A stretch of DNA of 64,000 bases from Alphaproteobacteria bacterium. Lineage in GTDB: Bacteria > Pseudomonadota > Alphaproteobacteria > CAAHEQ01 > UBA3637. Under the pieces are notes generated by a model, which saw only the letters and a list, made by a program, of their open reading frames with translations, had not been told where the DNA came from and searched no databases. Positions 49,201-56,939 of the stretch are shown in pieces. A program made the position numbers and the translations under genes. The stretch's first letter is position 1. Each line of letters starts with the position of its first letter. The DNA is taken from the NCBI GenBank assembly GCA_017559525.1, contig JAFYRI010000009.1, forward strand, positions 82,148 through 146,147. The letters are read 5' to 3'.

Positions 49201-52200
49201 TAGAAGCTGCTGTACTGTATCCTTCATCTTTGTTGCGCTTAAAGATTGATTTAAAGTTTATTCCAGCAGATATAGCACCAATACCTAATGCTACAGCTGG
49301 TAATCCCATGGCGATAGCTCCGATGGATGCACTGCTTAATAAAATTTGTGTCGTATTTCTTTTAAAGAAACTTTTTAATGGTTGAGGTTCTTTGCCGTCT
49401 TCTTTTGCTTTTTCAACTTCTTTTTTGCGTTGCCACCACATTAAACCACCGACATAAGCTGCAACGGCACCAGCAATAACGGGCATTACTGGTAAAGCAA
49501 GTGCAACAGCTCCTAATCCAGCGCCAGAAACCCAGGCTCCCCCCATAGATCCAAGACCAAATTTTGTTAGGCATGCTTTTCCTAAATTTGTTTGCTTTTG
49601 TCCTTCTAAATTTTTAACAGCTTTGCTTACTTTATTAACAATATCGGCCTTGTTACCAAAGTTCGTTGCTAAACGCTTTGCTAATCCAGTTTGTTTATTT
49701 ACAGTAACAGTTGTAAATCCAACCAAAGCCTTTCGAGGCATTTCATATGTTTGTTCTTTTTTTAAACTATCAACAATATCAGTGGCTTGTTTTGGATCTT
49801 TTCCTTGGAATTTTAAATCTGAAGCAATTAATGCAGTTGTATTAATTTCAAGCAATTCATTTGCTCTTGTATTGATGCTTTCAGGTGTTAATTCATCTTT
49901 TGATAGAGTTGTTTCTATTAATAAAACTGTTTTAACAATATTTTTTAATAATTGAATACTTTTTTCTGCAGTATCGTTATTAACAACATTACCTTCATCA
50001 TTCGTAAATTTAATCTTTTTATAGTATGGTGCAAATTTAACGTCTTTTAATAAAGCTTGAACTTGATCAAAACGTTGAGATAATTGATCATCTTTAGCAG
50101 AAATACTGCTTAGATTGTTATTTTTATCATATAATGCAATTTCTTGATTTAAACGAATACGAGCAATCGAAGCATTTCTATCTGTACCTTTATACAAATT
50201 CAACATTTGTATCATATCATCATATACATCAGCAATATTGTCTTGATCAATAATGGTGTTGCCTGTGATATAATCGGCAATTATTGTATCCATTTGTTGT
50301 GTAACAACATCTTTTTTCCAATCTACTTCAGGATCTTGTTTTTTACCTTCTAACTCGGTATACATTTTTACTAGTTGAGCCGTTGAAATAATGGGCATTG
50401 TTACTTGAGCCGCATTATTTAATGCATCTTGAACTCGATCTGTTTTTTCATCTGGTACTGTATCTAAAATATCATCTAAGATTTTCTTTGCATTTGCTTT
50501 CTTTAACGTATTGAAGCTAATATTTTTAGGTAAATTACCAGAATTTTTTAAAGCATTATATTTTATAAAATTAAAAATATCTTCAGTTGAGGCTTTATCG
50601 TGATTTTTTACAAAATTTGCAACATCCTCATCTAAAGTGCTATCAGATGAATAAGTATCATCATCGATATTGAGTTCTGTATTATTACTTGGCATTGGCT
50701 GAGAGGGTTCATTTAAATCCACCAACAATGTCGGATCAATATTATGTTCTACAATTGTGCCATTAATATTTGTAATAGATGGTTCTTCATCATCATTTTC
50801 AGTATTAGCTTGTTTGGCTATTTGTTCATTAAATATCTTTAAAACAGCTTCTAAATTATTACCTATTTCAGGAGATTTATTTAAAATTTCACGGGTTGAT
50901 TTTGCAGCCACAATCATTGGCAACATAATATCCATTTCTTCTGGATTGATTGGTTCTAATCCAATAATTCGACCATTTTCAACAATTTCTTTTGTTTCTA
51001 ATATCGGAGCTGCATGCTGTTTTATTGTTTCAATTTGATCTTGTAAAACCCAAGGTTGAGCTTGTAATTTTCCTCCAGTAATAATAAAGTTTTTCTCTAA
51101 TTCTGCAGCAATTTTTATAGCTTGATTCCATGCTTTTTCTTCTGTAGTTAATGGTGTTGTTTCAATTTTTGTATCAATTGATGTTGTAATATTATCACTG
51201 GTTTCTGGTTGAATTACACTTTCACCTTTAAATTCTGGTGTTGTTACTTCATTAGTATGAGAAACAGGATCAGCTACTTGCTCTTGATTTAATGTTGTTT
51301 GATTTTCTTGTGCCGTTGTTTTTACTTCTTCAGCAATTTCTGCAAAAACATTTTTAGCATCTTCTCCTAAGGCACGGAACATTTTAGGGCTATTTATTCC
51401 ACCCATTGAGATAATGGTATTGTCACTAGACAATCTTTTATCTTTCATTTTTGTTTCGGTTAATTGTCTTAATGCATTTTCTCCAGCCATTAATTCTTCA
51501 GCTGTAGCTCCATCTTTAGGTCGGAAATATGTTCCTTCTCGTTCTGTAACAGAAATATCATAAGCTGTTGAAATGGCTTTTATTTGCTTGTCATATTGAA
51601 TTTTTTGTGCTGCTTGAAATTCTTCATAAGCACGATCCAATTGAGCAGACATTTCAGGAGAAATGCCAAGAAATTGAGTTTCGTTTTGATGTACAACTTG
51701 TGGAGTTTGATTTTGTACTACATTTACCTTATTAATATTTTTATTGAGTTGATTTGCAGGTTTTGTTAGTTCTATCATTTTTACAGCTTTTTCTATATGT
51801 TGTGTTGGTACACTGAAAAATGATGGTATTATGTTTTTTTCTTGATTAGAGTTTGTTTTATCACCAAAATAATATTTTAACAAATGAATGGCTTGTTCTG
51901 CATTGTTATTGTTTATCTTGTGTTCACTTAGTTTATAAAATGCGACATTATTATCATTAACCAAAGGTGTGTACACACTAAATATAATGCCCATATCTTC
52001 TTTATATTTTTCTTCTCGCATAGTATTTGCAATATTTTTAATGATATTTTTAGCAGCTAAATCTTTTCCGCGATACATTTCAGGTTGTCCCATTCTATTA
52101 AGTGTTTCAACAGCAAATGTATCACCAGTATATATGCTTCCAGAAGGATCTAACTCTTTTGTAACAAGCTTTTTAAAGGCGATTGTTGCATTTTCAATTT

Positions 52201-52333
52201 GCTCTGTTGTTGCATTTGGCTTTTGTACCATATATATTTCTCGTTCCCCATCTTCATTCAAGCGTATTTCAGGTGTTAATCCTGTCATAATATTTTTTAT
52301 AATGCTTGTATCAAAAGTATTTGCATCTGTCAT
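46241..52333 (-). CDS. Very large hypothetical protein, central hydrophobic helices and Pro-rich repeats
   Basis: 2030-aa uninterrupted ORF, AGGAGG RBS, no signal peptide, Gly/Ala-rich TM segments near aa 930-1070. Confidence 0.75.
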   Translation of the reverse strand: MTDANTFDTSIIKNIMTGLTPEIRLNEDGEREIYMVQKPNATTEQIENATIAFKKLVTKELDPSGSIYTGDTFAVETLNRMGQPEMYRGKDLAAKNIIKNIANTMREEKYKEDMGIIFSVYTPLVNDNNVAFYKLSEHKINNNNAEQAIHLLKYYFGDKTNSNQEKNIIPSFFSVPTQHIEKAVKMIELTKPANQLNKNINKVNVVQNQTPQVVHQNETQFLGISPEMSAQLDRAYEEFQAAQKIQYDKQIKAISTAYDISVTEREGTYFRPKDGATAEELMAGENALRQLTETKMKDKRLSSDNTIISMGGINSPKMFRALGEDAKNVFAEIAEEVKTTAQENQTTLNQEQVADPVSHTNEVTTPEFKGESVIQPETSDNITTSIDTKIETTPLTTEEKAWNQAIKIAAELEKNFIITGGKLQAQPWVLQDQIETIKQHAAPILETKEIVENGRIIGLEPINPEEMDIMLPMIVAAKSTREILNKSPEIGNNLEAVLKIFNEQIAKQANTENDDEEPSITNINGTIVEHNIDPTLLVDLNEPSQPMPSNNTELNIDDDTYSSDSTLDEDVANFVKNHDKASTEDIFNFIKYNALKNSGNLPKNISFNTLKKANAKKILDDILDTVPDEKTDRVQDALNNAAQVTMPIISTAQLVKMYTELEGKKQDPEVDWKKDVVTQQMDTIIADYITGNTIIDQDNIADVYDDMIQMLNLYKGTDRNASIARIRLNQEIALYDKNNNLSSISAKDDQLSQRFDQVQALLKDVKFAPYYKKIKFTNDEGNVVNNDTAEKSIQLLKNIVKTVLLIETTLSKDELTPESINTRANELLEINTTALIASDLKFQGKDPKQATDIVDSLKKEQTYEMPRKALVGFTTVTVNKQTGLAKRLATNFGNKADIVNKVSKAVKNLEGQKQTNLGKACLTKFGLGSMGGAWVSGAGLGAVALALPVMPVIAGAVAAYVGGLMWWQRKKEVEKAKEDGKEPQPLKSFFKRNTTQILLSSASIGAIAMGLPAVALGIGAISAGINFKSIFKRNKDEGYSTAASTARSLPESVSAFIGSASTGGLLYATIGSSMSNTIASETSTQQTATETGQEISESTPVTDTPTDTSTDAGTSTDSGDTGSGTVQPQPEPINADKIQLTLEDIAQQSEAIYFNPNPEGSITLQNQPVDINPEGSITLQNQPVDINPVNLNTAEPITATSEMIQHALEANHENPNVTAPDLTPKQQEALINDDYAEELSVEEMIVSDAIAGGERVPSPVDANGLPSFEYQEWLTSKLKQNPELLAQHNAENGANPLFPDNYGYENIQDPSTIATNGTIMEVDSDTGAVYLEMQAPNYASGNEITTNSMELNPNTENGNYEEAVPMSETSNNPTVTYDIQVQATTFENPQVAHTYDDFAHKLAQARLNGEGVYDAQGRLTEPDYTTGQLDNALKQIRSLEGTHSELTGANGTSNADILMYKLNQFDKLVASDTDLIIDGNRTTVAEAFGIILADGRIYTPTDLRADLFLGQPPITSDQIVQMLGKIETAVDTSGHFIHDIAGLNEARYMSYRPGADAGFKIETVVPKVTEPAPAPVAEQPTPVVEEPAPAPVAEQPTPAVEEPAPAPVAEQPTPVVEEPAPAPVAEQPTPAVEEPAPAPVAEQPTPAVEEPAPAPVAEQPTPVVEEPAPAPVAEQPTPVVEEPVPAPEAEQPTPVVEEPAPAPVAEQPTPAVEEPAPAPVAEQPTPVVEEPAPAPVPEQAVENQSESHPYVPFVPYEKSEKQLSNNTSVKDLDTPIEKTEEKVSLVTPEEHVSFAFTNTKETPVVTHNSSSTPYTTDNVFNFDMSKPVEKTEQITNQKEEKLASDKELREEYQKLTMALEQLKQQMEDRGISLTDQTDIKEENTQVENVAITSELAPDIAQENPLQEEANEIRAPIVPEQIEPLPEETEEQTKSEQTPLTEQEKQAVDSIVNTSNVSNGIEAEIKKDMLQALENPKNTSKNICGALLGLAGSRLSFLKKSDTKQPINTPKDTKDKQAFYKPLFTKKGHNN
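47118..47627. repeat. 48-bp coding tandem repeat (PAPAPVAEQPTPVVEE), about 10.5 copies
   Basis: Visible in both DNA and translation. Confidence 0.92.
48769..48865. repeat. 45-bp exact duplication (NPEGSITLQNQPVDI x2)
   Basis: CAGGATTGATATCAACGGGTTGATTTTGTAAAGTAATCGATCCTT occurs twice in tandem. Confidence 0.9.
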
Positions 52334-52450
52334 AGAGGCCTCCTAAAAGTAAATGACTATATACTTTAATTATATCATGACAATTAAATATCGTCAAATA
52401 TATTTCATTTTTTTGTTTTTAACATATTGTTTTTATTTGTAAAAAATAAT

Positions 52451-52481
52451 AAAAAAACACCGAAAAAACGGTGTTTTTTTT
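52451..52481. terminator. Intrinsic terminator
   Basis: AAAAAAACACCG / CGGTGTTTTTTT. Confidence 0.7.
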
Positions 52482-52499
52482 AGAAAAAGACTTTTAAAT

Positions 52500-52742
52500 T
52501 TAAGCCGATTTTTTTTGATAGCAATTACAGTGACAATGGCCTGTTTCTTCTACATCTTTACGGCATTGTTCGGAAATGCAAAATCTGTTGGGATTTTGAC
52601 CATCGCATGGGCAACGGTGCCAATCGCTGTCTTTGAACATTTTTGCTTTTGCGTTTGCAATTTTATCAATGAATTTTGTCGGTTCATATCCGGCTTCTTC
52701 ACATAAAATCATCATTTCTTTTAAAATTTCTTCTTTTTCCAT
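52500..52742 (-). CDS. Ferredoxin-thioredoxin reductase catalytic-domain-like protein (80 aa)
   Basis: RCPC...FCISEQC..DVEETGHCHCNCY; AAGGAG RBS before MEKEE. Confidence 0.65.
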   Translation of the reverse strand: MEKEEILKEMMILCEEAGYEPTKFIDKIANAKAKMFKDSDWHRCPCDGQNPNRFCISEQCRKDVEETGHCHCNCYQKKSA

Positions 52743-52759
52743 TTTACTCTCCTTATCTT

Positions 52760-53230
52760 TTAAAATATTAACCAATTTGTTATTGCCAATAAAACCCCTG
52801 CATATAATCCAGCACATACATCATCTGTCATGACACCAAAAGCCGAGTGTACTTTTTTATCAAAATAACTAACAGGCCATGGTTTGAGTATATCAAAAAA
52901 CCTAAAAAATGCAAATCCTAAAATATAAAAATAAATATTAATTGGTAAATGAGCGATAAAAACGAAAGTTAAAACTTGTCCTGCAGTTTCATCAATAACA
53001 ACAAAACCGGGGTCCGTTCCATTGGATTTATCTTTTAACACAATATGTGTTGTCCACCACCCAATAAAAAAGACAATTGCGCTGCCGAATATAATGCCCC
53101 ATGTGCCACCAAAATAAATTAATATCCATGCTAAAGGAAGAGAACACAGCGAGCCAACAGTTCCTGGTGCTTTGGGGAATAGACCCGATTTAAACCAAGT
53201 AGCAATAAAATAGGCAATTGATTTAGACAT
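52760..53230 (-). CDS. pgpA: Phosphatidylglycerophosphatase A
   Basis: APGTVGS, DPGFVVIDETAGQ, FRFFDILKPWP, GVMTDD. Confidence 0.93.
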   Translation of the reverse strand: MSKSIAYFIATWFKSGLFPKAPGTVGSLCSLPLAWILIYFGGTWGIIFGSAIVFFIGWWTTHIVLKDKSNGTDPGFVVIDETAGQVLTFVFIAHLPINIYFYILGFAFFRFFDILKPWPVSYFDKKVHSAFGVMTDDVCAGLYAGVLLAITNWLIF

Positions 53231-54227
53231 TTTTTTCTCCTGATGTAATAGGTAATTCATCGTTTGTTATGTTAGGTTCTGCTTGTTTGGGTAAAACTCT
53301 ATCCAAAAACGATTCAATAGTTTCTAATGTATTGGGTTTTCCTTCATTAAAGCGGGTTAATACAATCCCTTTTTCATTTAATGATGAAGAAACCTCATCG
53401 CAATTTTTTATTTCCCCACTAGCTAGAACAATTATGGGTATAATTTGAGCATTGTCTTCCATCGCTTTGAGTTTGTTTGTTGCTTGTATAATGGTTTGAG
53501 CTGGGGAGGGGATAGGACCTAAAGTGCTAAACCAATCTGCTTCAATATCATTAATATCAACGGATAAAAAGCTATTTTTTTCATTAATAATAGTGATTAA
53601 AAGAGCTGTTTCATCCTCTGTAGATATAGCTATTGGAACTATAATACCGTCAAGATTAATATTAAGAAAACCTTCGGTTTGATATTGTTGAGCATATTCT
53701 AAGATTTGTTGTGCAATTTGTTCGATATCATTATCATTTTTTTCAACAGTGTTAACCACAGAATTGATATTTTCATGTGTATTTTGTGTTTTTTGAAGAG
53801 TTGGTTCTGTTGTTTGTGAAATGTTTAATGCCGATAATCCAGACGGTTGCGCTTTTAATTTAATAGGCATTTTTAATCTAGAACCATTACTGTTTTGTTT
53901 GTTTATAGCTAATTTATTTTGAAATTTTTTTTCAAGAGTTTTTGTATTTTTGGGTAAGGACCAATTAATCTTATATAAAACAATTGAGCCTATAATCCAA
54001 ATGGGTATAAATAAAATAACAGCTAGTAAAAATAATATTGTATCAGTTGGAGCCATAGACCACTGACCACTTATAAAGCCGTTGTATTTATATTGTAAGT
54101 CAGCGGGTGATAGTAGATTTATGCCAAAATTATGATAAACATAATATATAATTGTTGCGAAATATATAATTGTCCACCATATGGTTGATAAGATAGCCTT
54201 TTTTTTATTTAATTTCTTTTTCGACAT
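53223..54227 (-). CDS. Hypothetical protein, two N-terminal TMs and a soluble alpha/beta domain
   Basis: GGAG RBS; overlaps the pgpA start; WFS...PSP...IIPIIVL faintly NERD-like. Confidence 0.6.
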   Translation of the reverse strand: MSKKKLNKKKAILSTIWWTIIYFATIIYYVYHNFGINLLSPADLQYKYNGFISGQWSMAPTDTILFLLAVILFIPIWIIGSIVLYKINWSLPKNTKTLEKKFQNKLAINKQNSNGSRLKMPIKLKAQPSGLSALNISQTTEPTLQKTQNTHENINSVVNTVEKNDNDIEQIAQQILEYAQQYQTEGFLNINLDGIIVPIAISTEDETALLITIINEKNSFLSVDINDIEADWFSTLGPIPSPAQTIIQATNKLKAMEDNAQIIPIIVLASGEIKNCDEVSSSLNEKGIVLTRFNEGKPNTLETIESFLDRVLPKQAEPNITNDELPITSGEKNV

Positions 54228-54299
54228 ACTGTTATTCTCCTGTTTTTTTACAGTTATACAGTATTTTTTTTGAAAAATCTATATTATTTTAGTCAGAAC

Positions 54300-54329
54300 A
54301 AAAAAAAGCCCTGTTCAACAGGGCTTTTT
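54300..54329. terminator. Intrinsic terminator
   Basis: AAAAAGCCCTGTT / AACAGGGCTTTTT. Confidence 0.75.
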
Positions 54330-54332
54330 CTT

Positions 54333-56108
54333 TTATGCAGCATTACTTCTACTTTGATGCGAGGCATATTCATATCCCGTTTGTTTGTAGGCAGAATTGT
54401 TTCCTCGAGCATATTGATCAATAAGATCTCTATTGGCATAAATTACTTGAGCCTCTTTTCTTGTAGTATTCAACTCTTGTATACTACGGGTAGCAGAAGC
54501 ATAAAGAGGTTTGTAATCTGGAACCTGATATTTTTTAAGAGGACCAGATGCACTTTGTCCGGTTACTTTTGGCCGAAGGACATCTAAACCTTTTTTTCTA
54601 GTTTTAGGTTTTTGAGGTGCCGGTCCTTGAGGCGGCGTTGGCCCTTGAGGTGCCGGTCCTTGAGGTGCCGGTCCTTGAGGCGGCGTTGGCCCTTGAGGTG
54701 TCGGTCCTTGAGGCGGCGTTGGCCCTTGAGGTGCAGGTCCTTGTGGTGGTGTTGGCCCTTGAGGTGTCGGTCCTTGTGGTGGGATAATTGGTCCTTGAGG
54801 TGTAGGTCCTTGTGGTGGAGTTGCTCTTTCTACAATAGGTTTTCCATTGCGTAAAGGAACTTTTGGCTGCCCCTTCAAGTGATGAATGGCGTAAGATAAA
54901 CCGATCGCCTCACGATTAATTTCATCTTGTGCAAATTCACGATGAGTGAAGTTTTCAATCATATTTTTATAATATGGATCTTCCTTGATGAATTTTTCAC
55001 CATATTCACGGATTAATTGTTTTTGGTTATCTTTACAATCATTGATATTAACATACCCATATTGATCTGTTGGTAAGTCCTTTATGTTATCTTTGAGGTA
55101 TTTATGTAATTCTTCAGATGCAAAGACCCAATCACATTTGTGTTTGTGGAATTCAGCTTGAGATAAACCTTTCATCAACAATAATTGTTTATCATAGTCT
55201 TCTTTATCGTTTTGTGCAGCTTTTTTACGATTAATTTCTTCGTCTTTTTGGTGGAGCATACCTGCAATTGCCATTTCAGGAGCTAATTTCAAAAGTCCCC
55301 AGAATAATTCTTCAACCATTTCAGCGGGATCTTTTGCTTCATTAAAGCCACTCATACATTTGCGCCATGCATTTTTAAAGCGATCACTTAAATAAAAAGG
55401 TTGTGTTACATATCTAGCTCTGAACATTTCTTCAGTAGCATAGATGCCTTCCATTTCATCGTTATCTTGTTGAGTATGGGTTGGTTGAGGAGCTTGCTCC
55501 CCTGCATTTTGTGCTGCATTTATGCCATTGTTGTTTCCCCCGTTTCCACCATTATTTATCGTTGGATTTTGATTTGGAGATAACGATGCTTGAGGAATCA
55601 TATTATCCAATCCTCTCGAGTTGATTTCACTTGCAGGAATAGTGGAGCTAATATCGTTATTTGCTGAAAAAGGACTATTGGGATCCATATTGTAATTCAT
55701 GGTTTGACCAGGCATTTCGGCAATACCAGAAGTTGTTTGCGATGGTGTGCCAATATTATTCCCTTGAAAATCTCCAGAAAATGCACGGAATGAATCATTT
55801 GGATTTGAATTGTAAAAGTCAAAATTCTGAGAGCTTGCCTCTTCATTCATGTTGGCACTCGCTTCTGTCATTTCGTTGGCTGGTTGTTGATATTGGGCAG
55901 CCATTTGTCTTTTGTAAGCTTCTTGTTGTGCTTCTTGTTTTTGTTGTTCTTCTAATTCACGATTGCTGACTTCATCTCCATCGCTTCCTCTTCTTAATAT
56001 TTCTTCATAAAGTTCGCGATTTTTTCTGTCAGTTTCTTGCTGAACACGGGCAATGTTTTCACGTGTTTCTTGTTCTGCCTGAGCTTGCTTGAATTCTTCT
56101 TCATTCAT
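54333..56108 (-). CDS. Hypothetical low-complexity protein (Q/E coil, Asn-rich, PQGP repeats)
   Basis: AAGGAG RBS; 591-aa open frame. Confidence 0.7.
   Translation of the reverse strand: MNEEEFKQAQAEQETRENIARVQQETDRKNRELYEEILRRGSDGDEVSNRELEEQQKQEAQQEAYKRQMAAQYQQPANEMTEASANMNEEASSQNFDFYNSNPNDSFRAFSGDFQGNNIGTPSQTTSGIAEMPGQTMNYNMDPNSPFSANNDISSTIPASEINSRGLDNMIPQASLSPNQNPTINNGGNGGNNNGINAAQNAGEQAPQPTHTQQDNDEMEGIYATEEMFRARYVTQPFYLSDRFKNAWRKCMSGFNEAKDPAEMVEELFWGLLKLAPEMAIAGMLHQKDEEINRKKAAQNDKEDYDKQLLLMKGLSQAEFHKHKCDWVFASEELHKYLKDNIKDLPTDQYGYVNINDCKDNQKQLIREYGEKFIKEDPYYKNMIENFTHREFAQDEINREAIGLSYAIHHLKGQPKVPLRNGKPIVERATPPQGPTPQGPIIPPQGPTPQGPTPPQGPAPQGPTPPQGPTPQGPTPPQGPAPQGPAPQGPTPPQGPAPQKPKTRKKGLDVLRPKVTGQSASGPLKKYQVPDYKPLYASATRSIQELNTTRKEAQVIYANRDLIDQYARGNNSAYKQTGYEYASHQSRSNAA
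54612..54818. repeat. PQGP(T/A) coding repeats
   Basis: About 12 PQGP units visible in the translation. Confidence 0.85.
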
Positions 56109-56171
56109 GTGACACTCCTTTTTTCGTCAATATTTCTTATATTTTACTTTAAAAATGTACAAATGTCAAGA

Positions 56172-56807
56172 CTAGATAGATAATCTTTTTAAGAAATTTC
56201 CAATTTTTTGATTTTCTTCAATCGCTTGTTTTGGAGTTAAAATTGTGTCTCCATTTTTGTTTGTTGTAATAATCGGGGAAAACCATCCAGGATTTGAAAT
56301 TAAAATTTCCCACGCTTTTTTAGGGTCTTTTCGACACATATTAAGGTAGTTTCTTATTAATTGTTCACCATCGATAGCAAAATTATTCTCTTTTAATGGT
56401 TTTGCATATGCTTGAATTGTTGCTTTTTCGTTAGCTTCTTGTTGCTGTATTTGAAATAAAATTTCTTCAGCGTTTTGTCTGGCTTTTTCTGCGCGTTCGA
56501 ATAAATTTTCTGCTTCCTCTTCGTTGGCAAAAGATAAGTATTCTAAAATTAAATTTTTCCAAAAAGGTTGGGTTGAATAATTTTTTTCAATTATTCCTAA
56601 CGCATTTTTTACTTCGATTTTATCGATATTTCTGATGCCCATTAAATATGAGATAACAGCGGATGTCTCGGAACGTACCTTGTTATAATCCATTGTATTT
56701 GCGGATAGAGTTGTGATGTCTATGGTCAAAGAAGGTGCTTCGGTTAAGACAGTGCGTTGCGCATAAAGTTTTTGATATATTGTGAATAATTTTTCTTTTG
56801 CACTCAT
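56172..56807 (-). CDS. Hypothetical helical protein
   Basis: AAAGGAG RBS; 211-aa open frame. Confidence 0.65.
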   Translation of the reverse strand: MSAKEKLFTIYQKLYAQRTVLTEAPSLTIDITTLSANTMDYNKVRSETSAVISYLMGIRNIDKIEVKNALGIIEKNYSTQPFWKNLILEYLSFANEEEAENLFERAEKARQNAEEILFQIQQQEANEKATIQAYAKPLKENNFAIDGEQLIRNYLNMCRKDPKKAWEILISNPGWFSPIITTNKNGDTILTPKQAIEENQKIGNFLKRLSI

Positions 56808-56939
56808 ATTTTACTCCTTTTTTTTAAAAAACTGGAAGTAGTGTAGCATATTTTTTTTAATAAATTAACAAAAAAATATTTTTTTTTGAAAAAAGTATGG
56901 TATAATAAAATAAAAACATGTTTTTTAATGAGGTGTCCC

